IMG/VR virus record: IMGVR_UViG_3300031519_000092
Coordinates: 1 to 35,447 of that record
DNA length: 35,447 nucleotides
Origin: a virus
Lineage: Duplodnaviria; Caudoviricetes
Reading direction: 5' to 3' (one strand)
In this document: positions 34,976 through 35,447 of the stretch, piece by piece
Layout of the letters: the number at the start of each line of letters is the position of its first letter
Position numbering within the stretch: the first letter of the stretch is position 1
Program-made: the position numbers and the translations under genes
The notes under the pieces: generated by a model
What the model was told of the DNA's origin: nothing
Databases searched by the model: none
Seen by the model: the letters and a program-made list of their open reading frames with translations, nothing else

Positions 34976-35134
34976 TACCGGAAGCGCAGCCGAAAGTTTG
35001 ACGGATTAAATTATTGACTTTGACCTATCAAAGAGGCCGGGGGAGGGGATCATTATTTTTTTTTATGTTACTTGTATTAATATATTACGTCATCTCAGAA
35101 AAAATTGCCCCTTGATAGCGTGTCTAGCCCCATT

Positions 35135-35219
35135 TTCCCAAATGGGAACATACCAGAGTTTAATTTAGTTTATAACTTGACTTATATATTAAATGGTATA
35201 GGTGTTCCCTTAGTGGAAA
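35135..35219. repeat. Copy 2 of duplicated element plus TTCCCAAATGGGAA palindrome, overlapping terS start
   Basis: 35182-35203 equals 31024-31045; TTCCC-N4-[G/T]GGAA at 35135 and 35205. Confidence 0.8.
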
Positions 35220-35447
35220 ATAGAGAAAACATTACCCCAGAGAAGAAGGCCCTGGTGTCCGAGATCAAGTCAGCTATACAAGATGTTGCCTATCATAAGG
35301 AAGCGCAACAAATTAAGAGTTTGAGCAGGTATGACCCCGAAAAAGTGGCTAATATCCTCTATCTGTATGGCACTGGCGTATCTCAGACAGCTATGGTTAA
35401 GAAGCATGGCTTTGATCGGGAGACAGTTATCAACACTTTGGTCGATT
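35206..35447. repeat. Terminal direct repeat (copy 2), includes 5' part of terS
   Basis: 241/242 identical to 1..242. Confidence 0.97.

Noticed and set aside
31024-35203. Classical integrated element with att sites
   Set aside because: No integrase or transposase, and the segment holds the phage's own initiator and early promoter; kept only as a recombination-cassette hypothesis

Overview
The window is a complete, circularly closed (35,205 bp plus a 242-bp terminal overlap) tailed dsDNA phage genome, most likely a short-tailed podovirus-type phage. Layout: + strand packaging/head module (terS, terL, portal, GH24-like lysozyme, scaffold, SU10/DUF5309-like major capsid), tail/lysis genes, a cluster of tiny basic ORFs, and three large probable DNA-ejection proteins (one of 1,966 aa); a - strand replication/recombination operon (truncated winged-helix initiator, PD-(D/E)xK nuclease, endonuclease VII, ERF, SSB-like protein, DEDD exonuclease, DnaB); and a compositionally distinct ~3.5-kb island (31.5-35.05 kb) carrying a MoxR-type AAA+ ATPase and a HEXXH-metallopeptidase/vWA partner. 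No polymerase, primase, RNA polymerase, integrase or repressor was recognised. The island is the most unusual part: it is rich in CCGG, lacks CCNGG and GCWGC over ~3.1 kb, is preceded by a dense cluster of those same sites, is flanked by inverted and direct repeats, and lies just upstream of terS, so it may be a first-injected anti-defence/host-takeover module. Other notable items are an H-type pseudoknot in the scaffold leader, structured RNA-like intergenic elements in the early operon, and a duplicated TTCCC-N4-GGGAA-associated element linking the initiator gene to the terS start. All calls come from manual motif reading; no database searches were run and motif counts are manual.
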